From an uncultured Gemmatimonadota bacterium (GTDB lineage: Bacteria; SM23-81; DAOVCL01), in the NCBI GenBank assembly GCA_964626665.1, contig CAZVGK010000019.1, positions 1 to 63,904 of the forward strand: a DNA stretch of 63,904 nucleotides, read 5' to 3'. A model generated the notes under the pieces. It had not been told where the DNA came from. It did no database searches and was given only the letters and a program-made list of their open reading frames with translations. A program made the position numbers and the translations under genes. Below, one piece after another: positions 31,641 through 41,559 of the stretch; positions within the stretch are counted from its first letter, which is position 1; each line of letters opens with the position of its first letter.

Positions 31641-32963
31641 ATGGAAAAGATTACGCCCCAAAATGTCCACTCTACTCTGAGAAAACATATGCTCGTTGAT
31701 GGTTACGATTTGGTCTTTGACCTGAAGAAGAGCCAGGGTTCCTACATCTACGACTCTAAAAGCGGAAGGAGGCTGTTGGACTTTTTCACCTTCTTTGCCT
31801 CCTCCCCCATAGGCTATAACCATCCCCAACTCACCTCACCTGAGTTTCGGGAGAAACTGGCCGATGTAGCTGTGAACAAGGTTACCAACTCCGATTTCTA
31901 CACGGCGGAGCTGGCCGAATTTGCGGATACATTCTCCCGGGTAGCTATACCCCCATATCTCTCTCACCTCTTTCTGATCAGCGGGGGGGCTTTGGCGGTG
32001 GAGAATGCCCTAAAAACCGCCTTTGACTGGAAGGTGAGGAAGAATTTCTCCAAGGGATATAAAGAAGAGAAGGGGCAGCAGGTTATCTACTTCCAGCAGG
32101 CCTTTCATGGCCGCACCGGATATACCCTCTCTTTGACTAATACCTTTGACCCGCGCAAGACGATGTATTTTCCTAAATTTGAATGGCCCAGGGTCCTTAA
32201 TCCCAAGATCAAATTTCCCCTAAATCCGGAGAACCTGAGGGAGGTGGAGAAAGCCGAAAGGGAAAGCCTGGCCCAGATCAAGGAGGCCATAGCCCAGAAC
32301 CCGGATGATATAGCGGCCATCATCATCGAACCCATCCAAGGAGAGGGGGGGGACAATCACTTCCGGGGGGAGTTTCTCCGGGCCCTGCAGGAGATTGCTG
32401 ATGAAGAGAAGTTTTTCCTCATCTTAGATGAGGTGCAGACCGGCGTTGGCTTAACTGGTAAGATGTGGGCCCACCAGCACTTTGACTTTGAGCCAGATAT
32501 AATCTGCTTTGGCAAGAAGAGCCAGGTCTGTGGCATTCTCTGCGGGCCGAAGGTTGATCAAGTAGAGGGAAATGTCTTTCAGGAGTCGAGCCGGATCAAT
32601 TCTACCTTTGGGGGGAACATAGTGGATATGGTGAGGTTTCAGCGCTACTTGGAGGTCATCGAGGAGGAGAATTTGGTGGAGAACGCCCGGGTGATGGGGA
32701 ATTACCTCCTCTCTCAGCTTGAGGAGATCCAGGGGTCATTCCCTCATTTGCTGAGCAACGCCCGGGGAAGGGGGCTGATGACCGCCTTTGACCTGCCCGA
32801 TACGGAGACGAGGGACAGGTTTAAGGAGAGGATATACCAGAACGGTATGGTCGTCCTGAGCTGCGGGGAGAGGACGATCAGGTTCAGGCCCCCTCTGAAC
32901 ATCTCCTCAGAGGAGATTGATGAGGGGATGAGGATTTTGGAGAAGAGCTTAACCCAGGTTTAA
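31641..32963 (+). CDS. lat: L-lysine 6-transaminase
   Basis: Class-III PLP enzyme with Lat-typical HMLVDG, LDFFTFFAS, ISGGALAVENALK.AFDWK, EGGDNH, DEVQTG, FGKK.Q, SRINST.GG. Confidence 0.88.
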   Translation: MEKITPQNVHSTLRKHMLVDGYDLVFDLKKSQGSYIYDSKSGRRLLDFFTFFASSPIGYNHPQLTSPEFREKLADVAVNKVTNSDFYTAELAEFADTFSRVAIPPYLSHLFLISGGALAVENALKTAFDWKVRKNFSKGYKEEKGQQVIYFQQAFHGRTGYTLSLTNTFDPRKTMYFPKFEWPRVLNPKIKFPLNPENLREVEKAERESLAQIKEAIAQNPDDIAAIIIEPIQGEGGDNHFRGEFLRALQEIADEEKFFLILDEVQTGVGLTGKMWAHQHFDFEPDIICFGKKSQVCGILCGPKVDQVEGNVFQESSRINSTFGGNIVDMVRFQRYLEVIEEENLVENARVMGNYLLSQLEEIQGSFPHLLSNARGRGLMTAFDLPDTETRDRFKERIYQNGMVVLSCGERTIRFRPPLNISSEEIDEGMRILEKSLTQV

Positions 32964-32980
32964 ACTCAAAAGCTTTTCTT

Positions 32981-33012
32981 AAAAGAAGCCAGCCTCAAGG
33001 CTGGCTTCTTTT
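32981..33012 (+). terminator. Intrinsic (bidirectional) terminator after lat
   Basis: AAAAGAAGCCAGCC-TCAA-GGCTGGCTTCTTTT. Confidence 0.85.
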
Positions 33013-33753
33013 ATGCCCTCGTCAGACTCCTGTTTTTCCAACCCCAATGGATTCACCGTAATGTCGGGGCTGCTTGAATCCCCACTTAGGTCGGGATTCA
33101 AGGGTGACAGGGGGAAACAATGTGAGCGGAGGACTACGGAGCAACAGTTTTTGTAGGGGTCGGATTTATCTGACCCACTGAACAGAAATTCCAGTGGCGA
33201 GGAATTCTGGATCGAGTTTTTGCTCATCAGGGATCCCACCCTCTAAAGTTAAATTAAACATTGAAAATGCCATAGGGCTAATTATCTTACTATCTTTTAG
33301 ACGTTTGGGGCAGTTTTGATAGGCTACAAAGCATGTTCAATATTTATTTTCATGTGTCAAATGTGGAATCCCTGCTCACACTCAAGACTGAAAGGTTTCT
33401 TCTCAAAGATAACCTCACTGACCAAAAAGTCAACCCCTCATTTGGGGGAGGGGGAGCTTTAAATTCTCCGCCTCCAGGTCTTCTCTTCTAACGGACCAGA
33501 GCCAAGCTGTAGGGGCAGCTCTTTAGACCTGTCCCCCAAAATGGCCTTGACATTCCGGGGGAATAGGGTTAATTTTGAATGGGGCTTTGATTTTTCGTCG
33601 TCCTTCAAACGATGGAATAGAAAAATAGCAACTGTTTCAAACTGCAGGCGGAGTCCGACTTTTTTAATTTCCTGCAGTTCCAGGCCGTAGCATCTCATAT
33701 TTTTTCTTAAGTGACTAAGAAGAAACTATCAAAAAATGGGAGGAAATTTTGTT

Positions 33754-33960
33754 ATGGAAAGGTTTCAACTTTCACCAGACCATGAATTAACTCTTCTGAA
33801 AGAGGAGATGAAAATATTGCAGAAAGCAGGGAAGTTGGGGGGGAAAAGGGATCTTAAATTGACCATTGAAGAATACCATAGATATTTGGAGACAACGAGA
33901 AAGGCAGTTAAAGAAGCGTTAGATCCAACGGAATTGGTTGTCTCTACAAGAAGAAGGTAA
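33754..33960 (+). CDS. Putative antitoxin
   Basis: Small ORF with GGAGG RBS directly upstream of a PIN gene. Confidence 0.55.
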   Translation: MERFQLSPDHELTLLKEEMKILQKAGKLGGKRDLKLTIEEYHRYLETTRKAVKEALDPTELVVSTRRR

Positions 33961-33964
33961 ATAA

Positions 33965-34549
33965 GTGAATATCCTACTTGACTCTGATGTGTTAATATAC
34001 AGTTTACACATCCCCAAAGATAAGAACCTTCTCTCAGAACATATTAAGGCAAGGGAACTTTTCGACTCTGTGATAGAGAGAGTCAACACCCTTTACCTGA
34101 TCTCCACAATCCCTATTGAGGTGGCTGCTGGGTTAACCAAGATTGTTGGTAGGAAAATAGCGGAGAATGGTATAGAAAAGCTGTTGCTTGGGGCAACAGA
34201 AATTTATCCCGCCTCTATGGATTTGGCATCAAATGTAGTTCACACACTCTCATTAAGGGCCTACTTTCAGACCTGTATTGAAAACGCTCTAAATCTCGGT
34301 AAGATTCAAAAGGATGAAAAAGACTCTTTAGTTCCTGGTTTCAAAGGTCAATACACGGAAGTAAAGATTGGGGGAGTTGACATATCTATTCTTCGTTATG
34401 TCCAATTGAAAGATTTGGTTTTTATCACCAACGATTGGTCACTTTGGTATATCAGTTGGAAAGCAGGAGTAAGATCGTATTGGTTGAAAGGATTAGCCAG
34501 GAAACAGGTTCACACTCTTGCTAAGGGGAGAGGGACGGAATTTCCCTGA
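33965..34549 (+). CDS. PIN-domain (VapC-like) protein
   Basis: ILLDSDVLI, E (PIEV), D (GVD), FITND acidic residues. Confidence 0.75.
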   Translation: MNILLDSDVLIYSLHIPKDKNLLSEHIKARELFDSVIERVNTLYLISTIPIEVAAGLTKIVGRKIAENGIEKLLLGATEIYPASMDLASNVVHTLSLRAYFQTCIENALNLGKIQKDEKDSLVPGFKGQYTEVKIGGVDISILRYVQLKDLVFITNDWSLWYISWKAGVRSYWLKGLARKQVHTLAKGRGTEFP

Positions 34550-34638
34550 TATTTTCTGTGGGAGTGGATAAAGACTGAGGGAAGTTGGGGAATTTTTGTG
34601 GGTTCAGCACTCAAGCGTAAGTAGGGTAATCTCAGGAT

Positions 34639-34662
34639 AGCAAAAAGCAAGACCTGACCCCT
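34639..34662. repeat. 24-bp repeat, inverted copy at 63796-63819
   Basis: AGCAAAAAGCAAGACCTGACCCCT is the exact reverse complement of AGGGGTCAGGTCTTGCTTTTTGCT. Confidence 0.8.
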
Positions 34663-34740
34663 TACTTTGCTTTTAGCAGATAGGGACATCAACGAAAATT
34701 GGTCCCTATACAAGCAACGCTTTATCGAGGAGTATGGCAA

Positions 34741-34959
34741 ATGAGTCAAAGGGATTTCTTCTCCAGAAATTTGACTTTATCTACTGAGTTTGACCTCTAT
34801 CTCTTAGATCACTCTGAAGTGGGGGAGCAAAAGGCTGGATACAAAACCGTCAGATGGGATGCGGGTTCTCTCTCCAGTGGGATATACTTTTACAAGTTAA
34901 AGGTGATAGGTGATAGGTTAAAGGTGGAGAAAACAAGGAAGATGGTTCTACTGAGATAG
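34741..34959 (+). pseudogene. Chimeric remnant ending in a T9SS type-A/FlgD-like C-terminal sorting motif
   Basis: GYKTVRWDAGSLSSGIYFYKLKV...KTRKMVLLR fused to an unrelated short N-terminus. Confidence 0.6.
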
Positions 34960-35094
34960 AGGGAAGACCAAGGGGGGAATGACGAAAACCGAATGACGAA
35001 CGACGAAGAGTGGGACTTGGTGATTGGCCGATGGCTGATTTGAGATAGAGATACCCCAACTTGTAACCTGCTTTTAGATAGCGATTGGAATTCT

Positions 35095-35185
35095 CCTCCC
35101 CCTTGATGGGGGAGGACTAAGGAGAGGGTGAAAATTATCTTCGATTCCCCCCTTACTCTCACCCTCTCCCACCAGGGGAGAGGGA
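35095..35185. repeat. Palindromic element CCTCCCCC..GGGGGAGG..GAGAGGGTG / CACCCTCTCCC..GGGAGAGGG
   Basis: Nested inverted repeats; resembles the family often flanking DUF559 endonuclease genes. Confidence 0.65.
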
Positions 35186-35380
35186 ACTATAAGGATGTCA
35201 CTCAGGGGGCTATCAGGGCAGGAGTACTGGCAGCACAAACATTCATAGCCCAAAAGGGAAGCCACCGGAGAATCCTGGTGGCTTCTCTTTTTGGGCTATC
35301 CTCATTGACTTTTGCCAAATTATTCATTATCTTATTTGAGAAATGACCTCAGGGAAAACAGCTAAATGTGGAGGTGAAGG

Positions 35381-35638
35381 ATGGCAACGAATTTAAAGAT
35401 GAAAATAAGAAAGATTAAATCTCGCAAGATATCTATTGAGATAGGCAGAGAAGATTTTGAAACCTTTTGCAACGCCTGTGGCCTCTTTAAAAAGGAGTTT
35501 CTTGATCTATTGGATGCCTCTGAAAAGGACCATCAGGAAGGACGAATCACCGAGAGGGACTCCCTCAAGGATACCGCAGAGCTTCGCTTCATCGGACATC
35601 ACAATAAGATTTATGATTACCCGTTATTTTTTGAGTGA
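35381..35638 (+). pseudogene. Antitoxin-like ORF fused to a RelE-like toxin tail (collapsed TA module)
   Basis: TTGACT-17-TATCTT promoter and GGAGG RBS. SEKDHQEGRI antitoxin-like end is followed by LRFIGHHNKIYD, a RelE/YafQ-like C-terminus. Confidence 0.45.
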
Positions 35639-35720
35639 ACGGAGTTCCTTAATGTGAGTCCTGTTATGCTCGTAGATCGGGGGTCTGTCAGGGCAGGAGT
35701 CCTGATAGCACAGAAAAATC

Positions 35721-35796
35721 AACCTCCCGCAGATTCCGAATCTGCGGGAGGTTTAAGTCTTCGCCAAACTGCCGCAGGCAATTCCTGCGGCAGTTT
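35721..35796. repeat. Two perfect GC-rich hairpins
   Basis: 15-bp stem at 35721-35753 and 13-bp stem at 35766-35796 followed by Ts. Confidence 0.7.
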
Positions 35797-36033
35797 TTTA
35801 TGGGTAGCATCCCCCTGAAAATGGCTTGACTTTTGGCCTCATTTTAATATATATTTCCCTATGCTCTCAAATTTACATTTCGGAATTCCCATTTCGGACG
35901 CAGATTTTAGAGGATAAATTTTATAAATCCTAATGATCTGCGTTAATCTGCGACCATAGGACCAGCCCGAAGAAAGCAAGTTCTGTGGAGATAGGGGATT
36001 TTAAAAAGGACACAAAGAAGGAGGCGAAAGGAG

Positions 36034-36303
36034 ATGGCAAAGGAGGTAGATTTGAAGATCACAGATGACATATTAAAGGGTTTAGATATAGGAAGCAAAG
36101 GAGAACTCCTTGAGGTGTTATCCGAGGGGGTGCGACAGGTAAAGATCAAGAGATCTCTCAAGCTGTATCAAGAGGGGCATATCTCCTTTGGCAGGGCAGC
36201 GGAGTTAGCTGGAGTAAGAAAGGATGAACTCGCCGTTGAGGCCTATGCAAGGGGTATTGAACCTGCTACAAGCGAGGAAACCCTACAGGAAGAGATCTCT
36301 TGA
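36034..36303 (+). CDS. UPF0175-family antitoxin
   Basis: LYQEGHISFGRAAELAG...EETLQEE; overlaps the PIN gene start. Confidence 0.85.
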   Translation: MAKEVDLKITDDILKGLDIGSKGELLEVLSEGVRQVKIKRSLKLYQEGHISFGRAAELAGVRKDELAVEAYARGIEPATSEETLQEEIS

Positions 36304-36803
36304 TTGCGGTAGTTGATAGTGGCCCTCTTATAACGTTGGGCAAACTAAATTCCCTCTATTTGCTAAAGGGGTTATTCAATAAGATTCTCATTTCAAAAGG
36401 GGTTTATGAGGAGGTCGTTGTTAAGGGTTTGAAAAGGGGATCAACAGATGCTTATGCGGTAAAGATATTCATAGAAAGAGAGAAAAGGGTTATTGAGATC
36501 AGAGAGACAGAGGGTAAGTTTGTCCCTAAGAAAGTAGATCTGGACAGGGGTGAGAAGGAATGCATAGAGCTTGCTTTAGAAGAAGAGTGTCTCATCCTGG
36601 TTGATGAAGAGGCTGCTCGCAAGGAGGCCAGAAGAGCCGGTTTAAAGGTAAAGGGGACATTAGGTATATTCATTATGGCTTACAGAAAAGGGATTATTTC
36701 TCGTGAGGAAACTGTATACCTTTTGGAGGAAATAAAGCATCATCCAGATATTTGGATAAGCTCAAGGCTGTGCGATAAGGTTTTGGAGGGATTAGAAAAG
36801 TAG
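36300..36803 (+). CDS. DUF3368 PIN-domain toxin
   Basis: VVDSGPLI.L, VYEE, LDRGEKECI.LA, LVDE..AR, GTLGI. Confidence 0.85.
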   Translation: MIAVVDSGPLITLGKLNSLYLLKGLFNKILISKGVYEEVVVKGLKRGSTDAYAVKIFIEREKRVIEIRETEGKFVPKKVDLDRGEKECIELALEEECLILVDEEAARKEARRAGLKVKGTLGIFIMAYRKGIISREETVYLLEEIKHHPDIWISSRLCDKVLEGLEK

Positions 36804-36900
36804 CCCTTAAATTTTTCGTGATAGCTTACGGAGGTCAGAGATAGCAGTCAGGCATTCGTCAGTTGTCACGGATTTTTCCTGAACCCTGAAAACTGAGCTT

Positions 36901-37068
36901 TGTTCTACAATTTTGCAAGATCTTGTTTTTTTAACAAAATTTTTCGTAGCAACCGCAAAGCCACTAAGATTGCAGAGGAAATAAAAAGCAAAAGAGAGAT
37001 GGAATAAAACGATTAGTTAATAATTTTTAAACTTTGCGTCCTTTGCGGCTTTGCCGCGCTACGGTTAA
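36901..37068. repeat. Repeat family A copy 2 plus opposed CGCAAAG / CTTTGCG arrays
   Basis: 31-bp identity to 27358. AACCGCAAAG faces CTTTGCGTCCTTTGCGGCTTTGC. Confidence 0.7.
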
Positions 37069-37107
37069 TTCTTTGGCGATACCAAATCCTAAACTTAGGG
37101 GTGGAAT

Positions 37108-38610
37108 ATGAAGCTAACAACATTTATTGTCGGCTTTTTGGTTATCTTCACCATTGGCCTGAGCTGTAACCAGGGGAACCCCACCGTGCGCCAGCCGGCC
37201 GTGGCCGGAGGGTTCTATCCTGCCTCCCCAGCCGAACTAAGGAGGATGATCGATGGCTACCTCTCCAATGTCCCAGAGGAGAAGGTAAAGGGGAGGATCT
37301 ACGCTATTCTTTGCCCCCATGCCGGCTATCAGTTCTCTGGCCAGGTTGCCGCTTACTCCTTCAAGGAGTTGGGGGGCCGCCACTACGATACGGCGATCAT
37401 CATCGGCCCCAGTCACCATATCAGGCTGGATGGGGCCTCGGTAGGGGATTGGGATTACTACGAGACCCCTTTAGGAAGGGTGAAGGTAGATAAAAAGATG
37501 GCCAGGAAGATAAGGAATTACAGCCCTAAGCTAAGGTTCCTTCCCTCAGCCCATCAGAGGGAACATTCGGTGGAGGTGGAGGTTCCCTTTCTGCAGAGGG
37601 TGCTGCAGGATTTTCAGCTCGTCCCCATAGTGATGGGCAATCCCACCCTGGAGAACGCCCAGATCCTCTCCCAGGCCATCCTGCAGGCCATTGGCCACCA
37701 GAGGGTTCTCTTGGTGGCTAGTTCGGATATGTCCCATTACCCCTCCTACGAGGATGCCGTCCAGGTTGATCGACAGACTTTGTCAGTGATCGAGGGGTTT
37801 GATCCTGAGAGACTCTCCCGCTCCGATAAGGAGCTGTTAGGTCAGGGTAGGCCCAACCTGGTGACTACCCTCTGTGGCTTAGGGCCGGTGCTAGCGGTGA
37901 TGATGGCCGCCAAAGGGCTGGGAGCGGAGGAGGTTAAGGTGCTTCATTATGCTAACTCCGGGGATGTGACGGTGCAAGGGACGAGGAACAGGGGGAGGGT
38001 AGTGGGGTATGGGGCGGTAGTCTTTTATACCCCGAAAATCAAAACCGAGGGAGAGGAAGCAATGGATTTCACGGATGAGGAAAAAGCAGAGCTTTTAAGG
38101 ATAGTCCGCACCACCTTAGAGCATATCTTGGCAAAGGAGGAGCCGCCGGAGTTCGTGCCGAAAAGCGAGAGGTTGCGGGAGAAAAGGGGGGTCTTCGTTA
38201 CCCTAACCAACCAAGGGAGGTTACGGGGCTGTATCGGCCACTTCCCCGCTGACACCCCTCTTTACAAGATTGTCTCCCAGATGGCGGTTGCTGCGGCCAC
38301 CCAGGACTACCGGTTCTACTACAACCCAGTGACCTTAAAGGAGCTTGCTCAGATAAAGATTGAGATCTCCATCCTCTCCCCGATGAAAAGGGTTACGGAT
38401 GTGAACCAGATAAGGATGGGGGTTGACGGAATCTACATCAAGCAAGGGGCTCAGGCGGGGACTTTCCTGCCTCAGGTGGCCACCGAGACCGGCTGGAGCA
38501 GGGATGAGTTCCTCAGCCACTGCTGCCAGGATAAGGCCGGCCTCCCCCCAGACTGCTGGAAGAAGGGGGCGGAGATCTACACCTATACGGCCACCGTCTT
38601 TCATGAGTAG
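37108..38610 (+). CDS. amrB: AmmeMemoRadiSam protein B (MEMO)-protein A (AMMECR1) fusion
   Basis: RQPAVAGGFYP, PHAGY, GPSH, EHSVEV, SSDMSHY, VVGY, then GVFVTL...LRGCIG, TFLPQVA. N-terminal lipoprotein-like signal (GLS-C). Confidence 0.92.
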   Translation: MKLTTFIVGFLVIFTIGLSCNQGNPTVRQPAVAGGFYPASPAELRRMIDGYLSNVPEEKVKGRIYAILCPHAGYQFSGQVAAYSFKELGGRHYDTAIIIGPSHHIRLDGASVGDWDYYETPLGRVKVDKKMARKIRNYSPKLRFLPSAHQREHSVEVEVPFLQRVLQDFQLVPIVMGNPTLENAQILSQAILQAIGHQRVLLVASSDMSHYPSYEDAVQVDRQTLSVIEGFDPERLSRSDKELLGQGRPNLVTTLCGLGPVLAVMMAAKGLGAEEVKVLHYANSGDVTVQGTRNRGRVVGYGAVVFYTPKIKTEGEEAMDFTDEEKAELLRIVRTTLEHILAKEEPPEFVPKSERLREKRGVFVTLTNQGRLRGCIGHFPADTPLYKIVSQMAVAAATQDYRFYYNPVTLKELAQIKIEISILSPMKRVTDVNQIRMGVDGIYIKQGAQAGTFLPQVATETGWSRDEFLSHCCQDKAGLPPDCWKKGAEIYTYTATVFHE

Positions 38611-39487
38611 CATCGGGGTCCTCTATGAGTCCCCGGAGTGGTCTAACCTCCACTTAGCGCAGCTCTTGGAAGCGAAAGGGGCAGAAGTGGAGCTGATAGA
38701 CCTCAGGGAGGTCTCCCTCTTTTTAGGGGCTCAGCCCTCCTTGGGCCTCTACATCAATCGGGTCTTCCCCAGCGCGGTGATGAGGGGTTCAGCCCCCAGC
38801 ATAAACCTGGCCCGAGAGTATGTCCTTTGGCTGGAGTCGAAGGGGAGGAGAGTGATAAACCCATCTCAGGCCTCCCACTATGACTATGACAAGGCGGCAA
38901 CCTACCTCAAACTCTCCCAGTTAGGGGTTTTGGTCCCCCAGACCGTTGTTTGCACCAGTCTTCAGACCCTAAAGAGGGGGGCTGAGATTATCGGTTTCCC
39001 CCTGATCCTCAAACTCAGCCTGGGGGGAAGGGCCTACAAGACGAAGATCTTTCTTTCCCCCTCAGAGTGGGAGGAGGGCCTTAAGGGAGAGGTGGATTTT
39101 GGGTCCGATCACCTCCTGCTTCTCCAGCGATACATCTCCCCCTTGGGAGATTACACCCTCAGGTCAGAGGTGGTGGGAGGGGAGCTGGTCTGCCTTTTAA
39201 GAAGGTATGTAGGAGAGGGGGGGATAAGCAGTTGGTCGCGGGGATCAAGGTATGAGGTTGTCCCCCATCCAACCAAGGAGGTAGTTTCCCTCTCTTTAAG
39301 GATAGCTCGGGAGATGGCTATGGAGATGGGAGGCCTGGATTTCATACAGGATGAAAAGGGGCAACTCTATCTCATTGATCTTAATGCCACCTCCAACTTC
39401 ACCCCTGAATACATCCCTCTCTTGGAGTTTGACCCGGTGGAGAGGATGGCAGACTATATCCTTGAACAGGTGAAGGGAGAGCAATAA
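38603..39487 (+). CDS. RimK-like ATP-grasp protein
   Basis: ATGA overlap with amrBA. INRVFPS, DK, PQT, FPLILK, LLQRYI, GGLDFI, IDLNATSNF. Confidence 0.8.
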   Translation: MSSIGVLYESPEWSNLHLAQLLEAKGAEVELIDLREVSLFLGAQPSLGLYINRVFPSAVMRGSAPSINLAREYVLWLESKGRRVINPSQASHYDYDKAATYLKLSQLGVLVPQTVVCTSLQTLKRGAEIIGFPLILKLSLGGRAYKTKIFLSPSEWEEGLKGEVDFGSDHLLLLQRYISPLGDYTLRSEVVGGELVCLLRRYVGEGGISSWSRGSRYEVVPHPTKEVVSLSLRIAREMAMEMGGLDFIQDEKGQLYLIDLNATSNFTPEYIPLLEFDPVERMADYILEQVKGEQ

Positions 39488-39529
39488 AACCGCCGAGGGA
39501 AAGATGTGGCAGAATGGGGTTCTATAGTC

Positions 39530-39650
39530 GCAACCGCAGAGTTCGCAGAGTAGGCGCAGAGAACGCAAAGAAGGAAGCGCACTTTGTACTACAATTTTGC
39601 AAGAACTCGTTTTTTTGACAAACTTTTTTAACCGCAAAGCTCGCAAAATA
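39530..39650. repeat. CGCAGAG/CGCAAAG tandem array plus repeat family A copy 3
   Basis: CGCAGAG x3 and CGCAAAG; TGTACTACAATTTTGCAAGA at 39585. Confidence 0.65.
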
Positions 39651-39774
39651 GGCGTAAAGAAGGCAGTGGCTCCGTGGTGACTATTCAGCTATCCGCTTTG
39701 TGTCTTTCCCCATTTTCTTATTTTCCTAATTTCCATTTTCGCCTCTTGACTCTTGGCTTTTCAGTGAAATCTGT

Positions 39775-39838
39775 CTTAATTTTTAATTTTTAATTCTTAA
39801 TTCATAATTGCTTTTTTCCGTGAGATTCCGTGGTGAAA
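39775..39838. mobile_element. MITE-like element, partial copy 3
   Basis: TTAATT(T/C) heptamers plus GCTTTTTTCCGTGAGATTCCGTGGTG, matching 13447-13496. Confidence 0.55.
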
Positions 39839-39854
39839 AGTTTGAGGAGGAAAG

Positions 39855-40169
39855 ATGAGGATAACCCAACATCCGATATTGACCTTTGAACGGGGGGGAA
39901 AGGTAAGCTTCACCTTCGATGGGAGAAGACTGGAGGGATACGAAGGAGAACCGATAGCGGCTGCCCTGCATGATGCTGGGGTGAAGGTGCTCCGCAGGAG
40001 TATGAAGCTGGGGAGGCCACGGGGGTTCTTCTGTGCCGTGGGGAAATGCTCCTCCTGTTTGATGATGGTTGATGGACGACCAAATGTGAGGGTTTGTATG
40101 GAGCCCCTCAGGGAGGGGGTAAGGGTAGAGACCCAGAGAGGGAAGGGGGCATTGGTTGAAAGGGGTTGA
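39855..40169 (+). CDS. (2Fe-2S)-binding subunit (HcnA/proline dehydrogenase alpha N-terminal-like)
   Basis: GEPIAAAL, RPRGFFCAVGKCSSCLM.VDG.PNVRVC. Confidence 0.9.
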   Translation: MRITQHPILTFERGGKVSFTFDGRRLEGYEGEPIAAALHDAGVKVLRRSMKLGRPRGFFCAVGKCSSCLMMVDGRPNVRVCMEPLREGVRVETQRGKGALVERG

Positions 40170-41232
40170 GATAGCTGTTGTCGGAGGTGGGCCGGCCGGC
40201 CTCTCTGCCGCGGGGAGTGCCCTACAGGCCGGGGCAGAAGTTTTGCTCATCGATGATGGCCAACACTTGGGTGGCCAGCTTGTCAAGCAAACCCATAAGT
40301 TCTTCGGCTCCAAGGAACAGTATGCCAGCACTAGGGGGATTGAAATAGGCCGCATTTTAGAGAAGGGATTGGAGGGATACTCTAACCTTGAGGTATGGCT
40401 CAATTCCTCGGTCGTAGGATACTACCCCGATGGGGTGCTGACTGTCCTTAAGGGGGAAAAGCTCCTCAAAGTGAAGTCAACTAAGTTGTTAGTGGCCACA
40501 GGGGCCGCGGAGAAGATGTTGGCCTTTGCCAACAACGACCTCCCTGGGGTCTATGGAGCCGGGGCAGTGCAGACCCTGATGAACCTCTATGGGGTGCTTC
40601 CAGGGAGGAGGGCCCTGATGATAGGAGCAGGGAATATCGGGCTCATCGTCAGCTACCAGCTTCTCCAGGCAGGGGTGGAGGTGGCGGCCGTGGTGGATGC
40701 TCTGCCTCGGGTGGGGGGTTACTGGGTGCATGCGGCCAAGCTGAGAAGGACGGGTGTCCCCATTCTTACCTCCCATACCATCCTGCGGGCAGAGGGTAAG
40801 GAGTGGGTTGAGGGAGCGATGATCTGTCCGGTGGATGGGCAATTTCGGCCCATCGAGGGCAAAGAGCAAAGGATCGAGGTGGACCTTATCTGTCTGGCCG
40901 TAGGCCTTTCCCCGCTGAGCGAACTCCTCTGGCAGGCAGGATGTGAGATGAAATACATTCCCCCGTTGGGTGGCTATGTGGCCCTAAGAGATAGGGATAT
41001 GGAGACCATGGTGCAGGGCGTCTATGTGGCCGGGGACAGTGCCGGGGTGGAGGAGGCCTCCACTGCTATGGTAGAGGGGAGGATAGCCGGTCTGGCCGCT
41101 GCGGTTTCCCTTGGCCACAGGATAAAGGATGCCGTTGGGTTGAAGGAGGAGCTTTGGGAGGAACTGGAGATGCTCAGAAGGGGGCCGGTGGGGGAGAAGG
41201 TAAGGGAGGGGGTAAAGAGGGCGCTAATTTAA
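40156..41232 (+). CDS. FAD/NAD(P)-dependent oxidoreductase (proline dehydrogenase/sarcosine oxidase alpha-like)
   Basis: GGGPAG, GGQLVKQTHKFFGS, ATGA, GAGNIG, VAGD. Confidence 0.9.
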   Translation: MKGVEIAVVGGGPAGLSAAGSALQAGAEVLLIDDGQHLGGQLVKQTHKFFGSKEQYASTRGIEIGRILEKGLEGYSNLEVWLNSSVVGYYPDGVLTVLKGEKLLKVKSTKLLVATGAAEKMLAFANNDLPGVYGAGAVQTLMNLYGVLPGRRALMIGAGNIGLIVSYQLLQAGVEVAAVVDALPRVGGYWVHAAKLRRTGVPILTSHTILRAEGKEWVEGAMICPVDGQFRPIEGKEQRIEVDLICLAVGLSPLSELLWQAGCEMKYIPPLGGYVALRDRDMETMVQGVYVAGDSAGVEEASTAMVEGRIAGLAAAVSLGHRIKDAVGLKEELWEELEMLRRGPVGEKVREGVKRALI

Positions 41233-41559
41233 CTTGAAAGCATAAGAAATTCCTTTTTTGGACGCAGATAAACGCAGATTGTCAAGATTTTAACTTTCTG
41301 CGGCTATCGGCGGGAATCTGCGTCCTAATTATACCTGAGGGAAAGTCTGCCTAATTTAACCCATTCATACGTTGCCCCCAAAGCTGCCATTCCTCAAAGG
41401 CGAGGTGGCAGAACCTTGTTCTGTCAGTCTTCTCCTTCGCTGGTAGATGAGGGCATCTGACTGCTCCGTGAGATTCAGATTACCTCAAATAGGGGTCTTC
41501 TACCGCACTTTAGTACGGGTTTAGGCCCTTCCGCTCAAGGGAAAGGGGGATCTCCCCCG

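Noticed and set aside
33600-33670. tracrRNA-like look (AAATAGCAA...GAGTCCGACTTTTT)
   Set aside because: Only short word matches; no anti-repeat, array or Cas9/TnpB gene.
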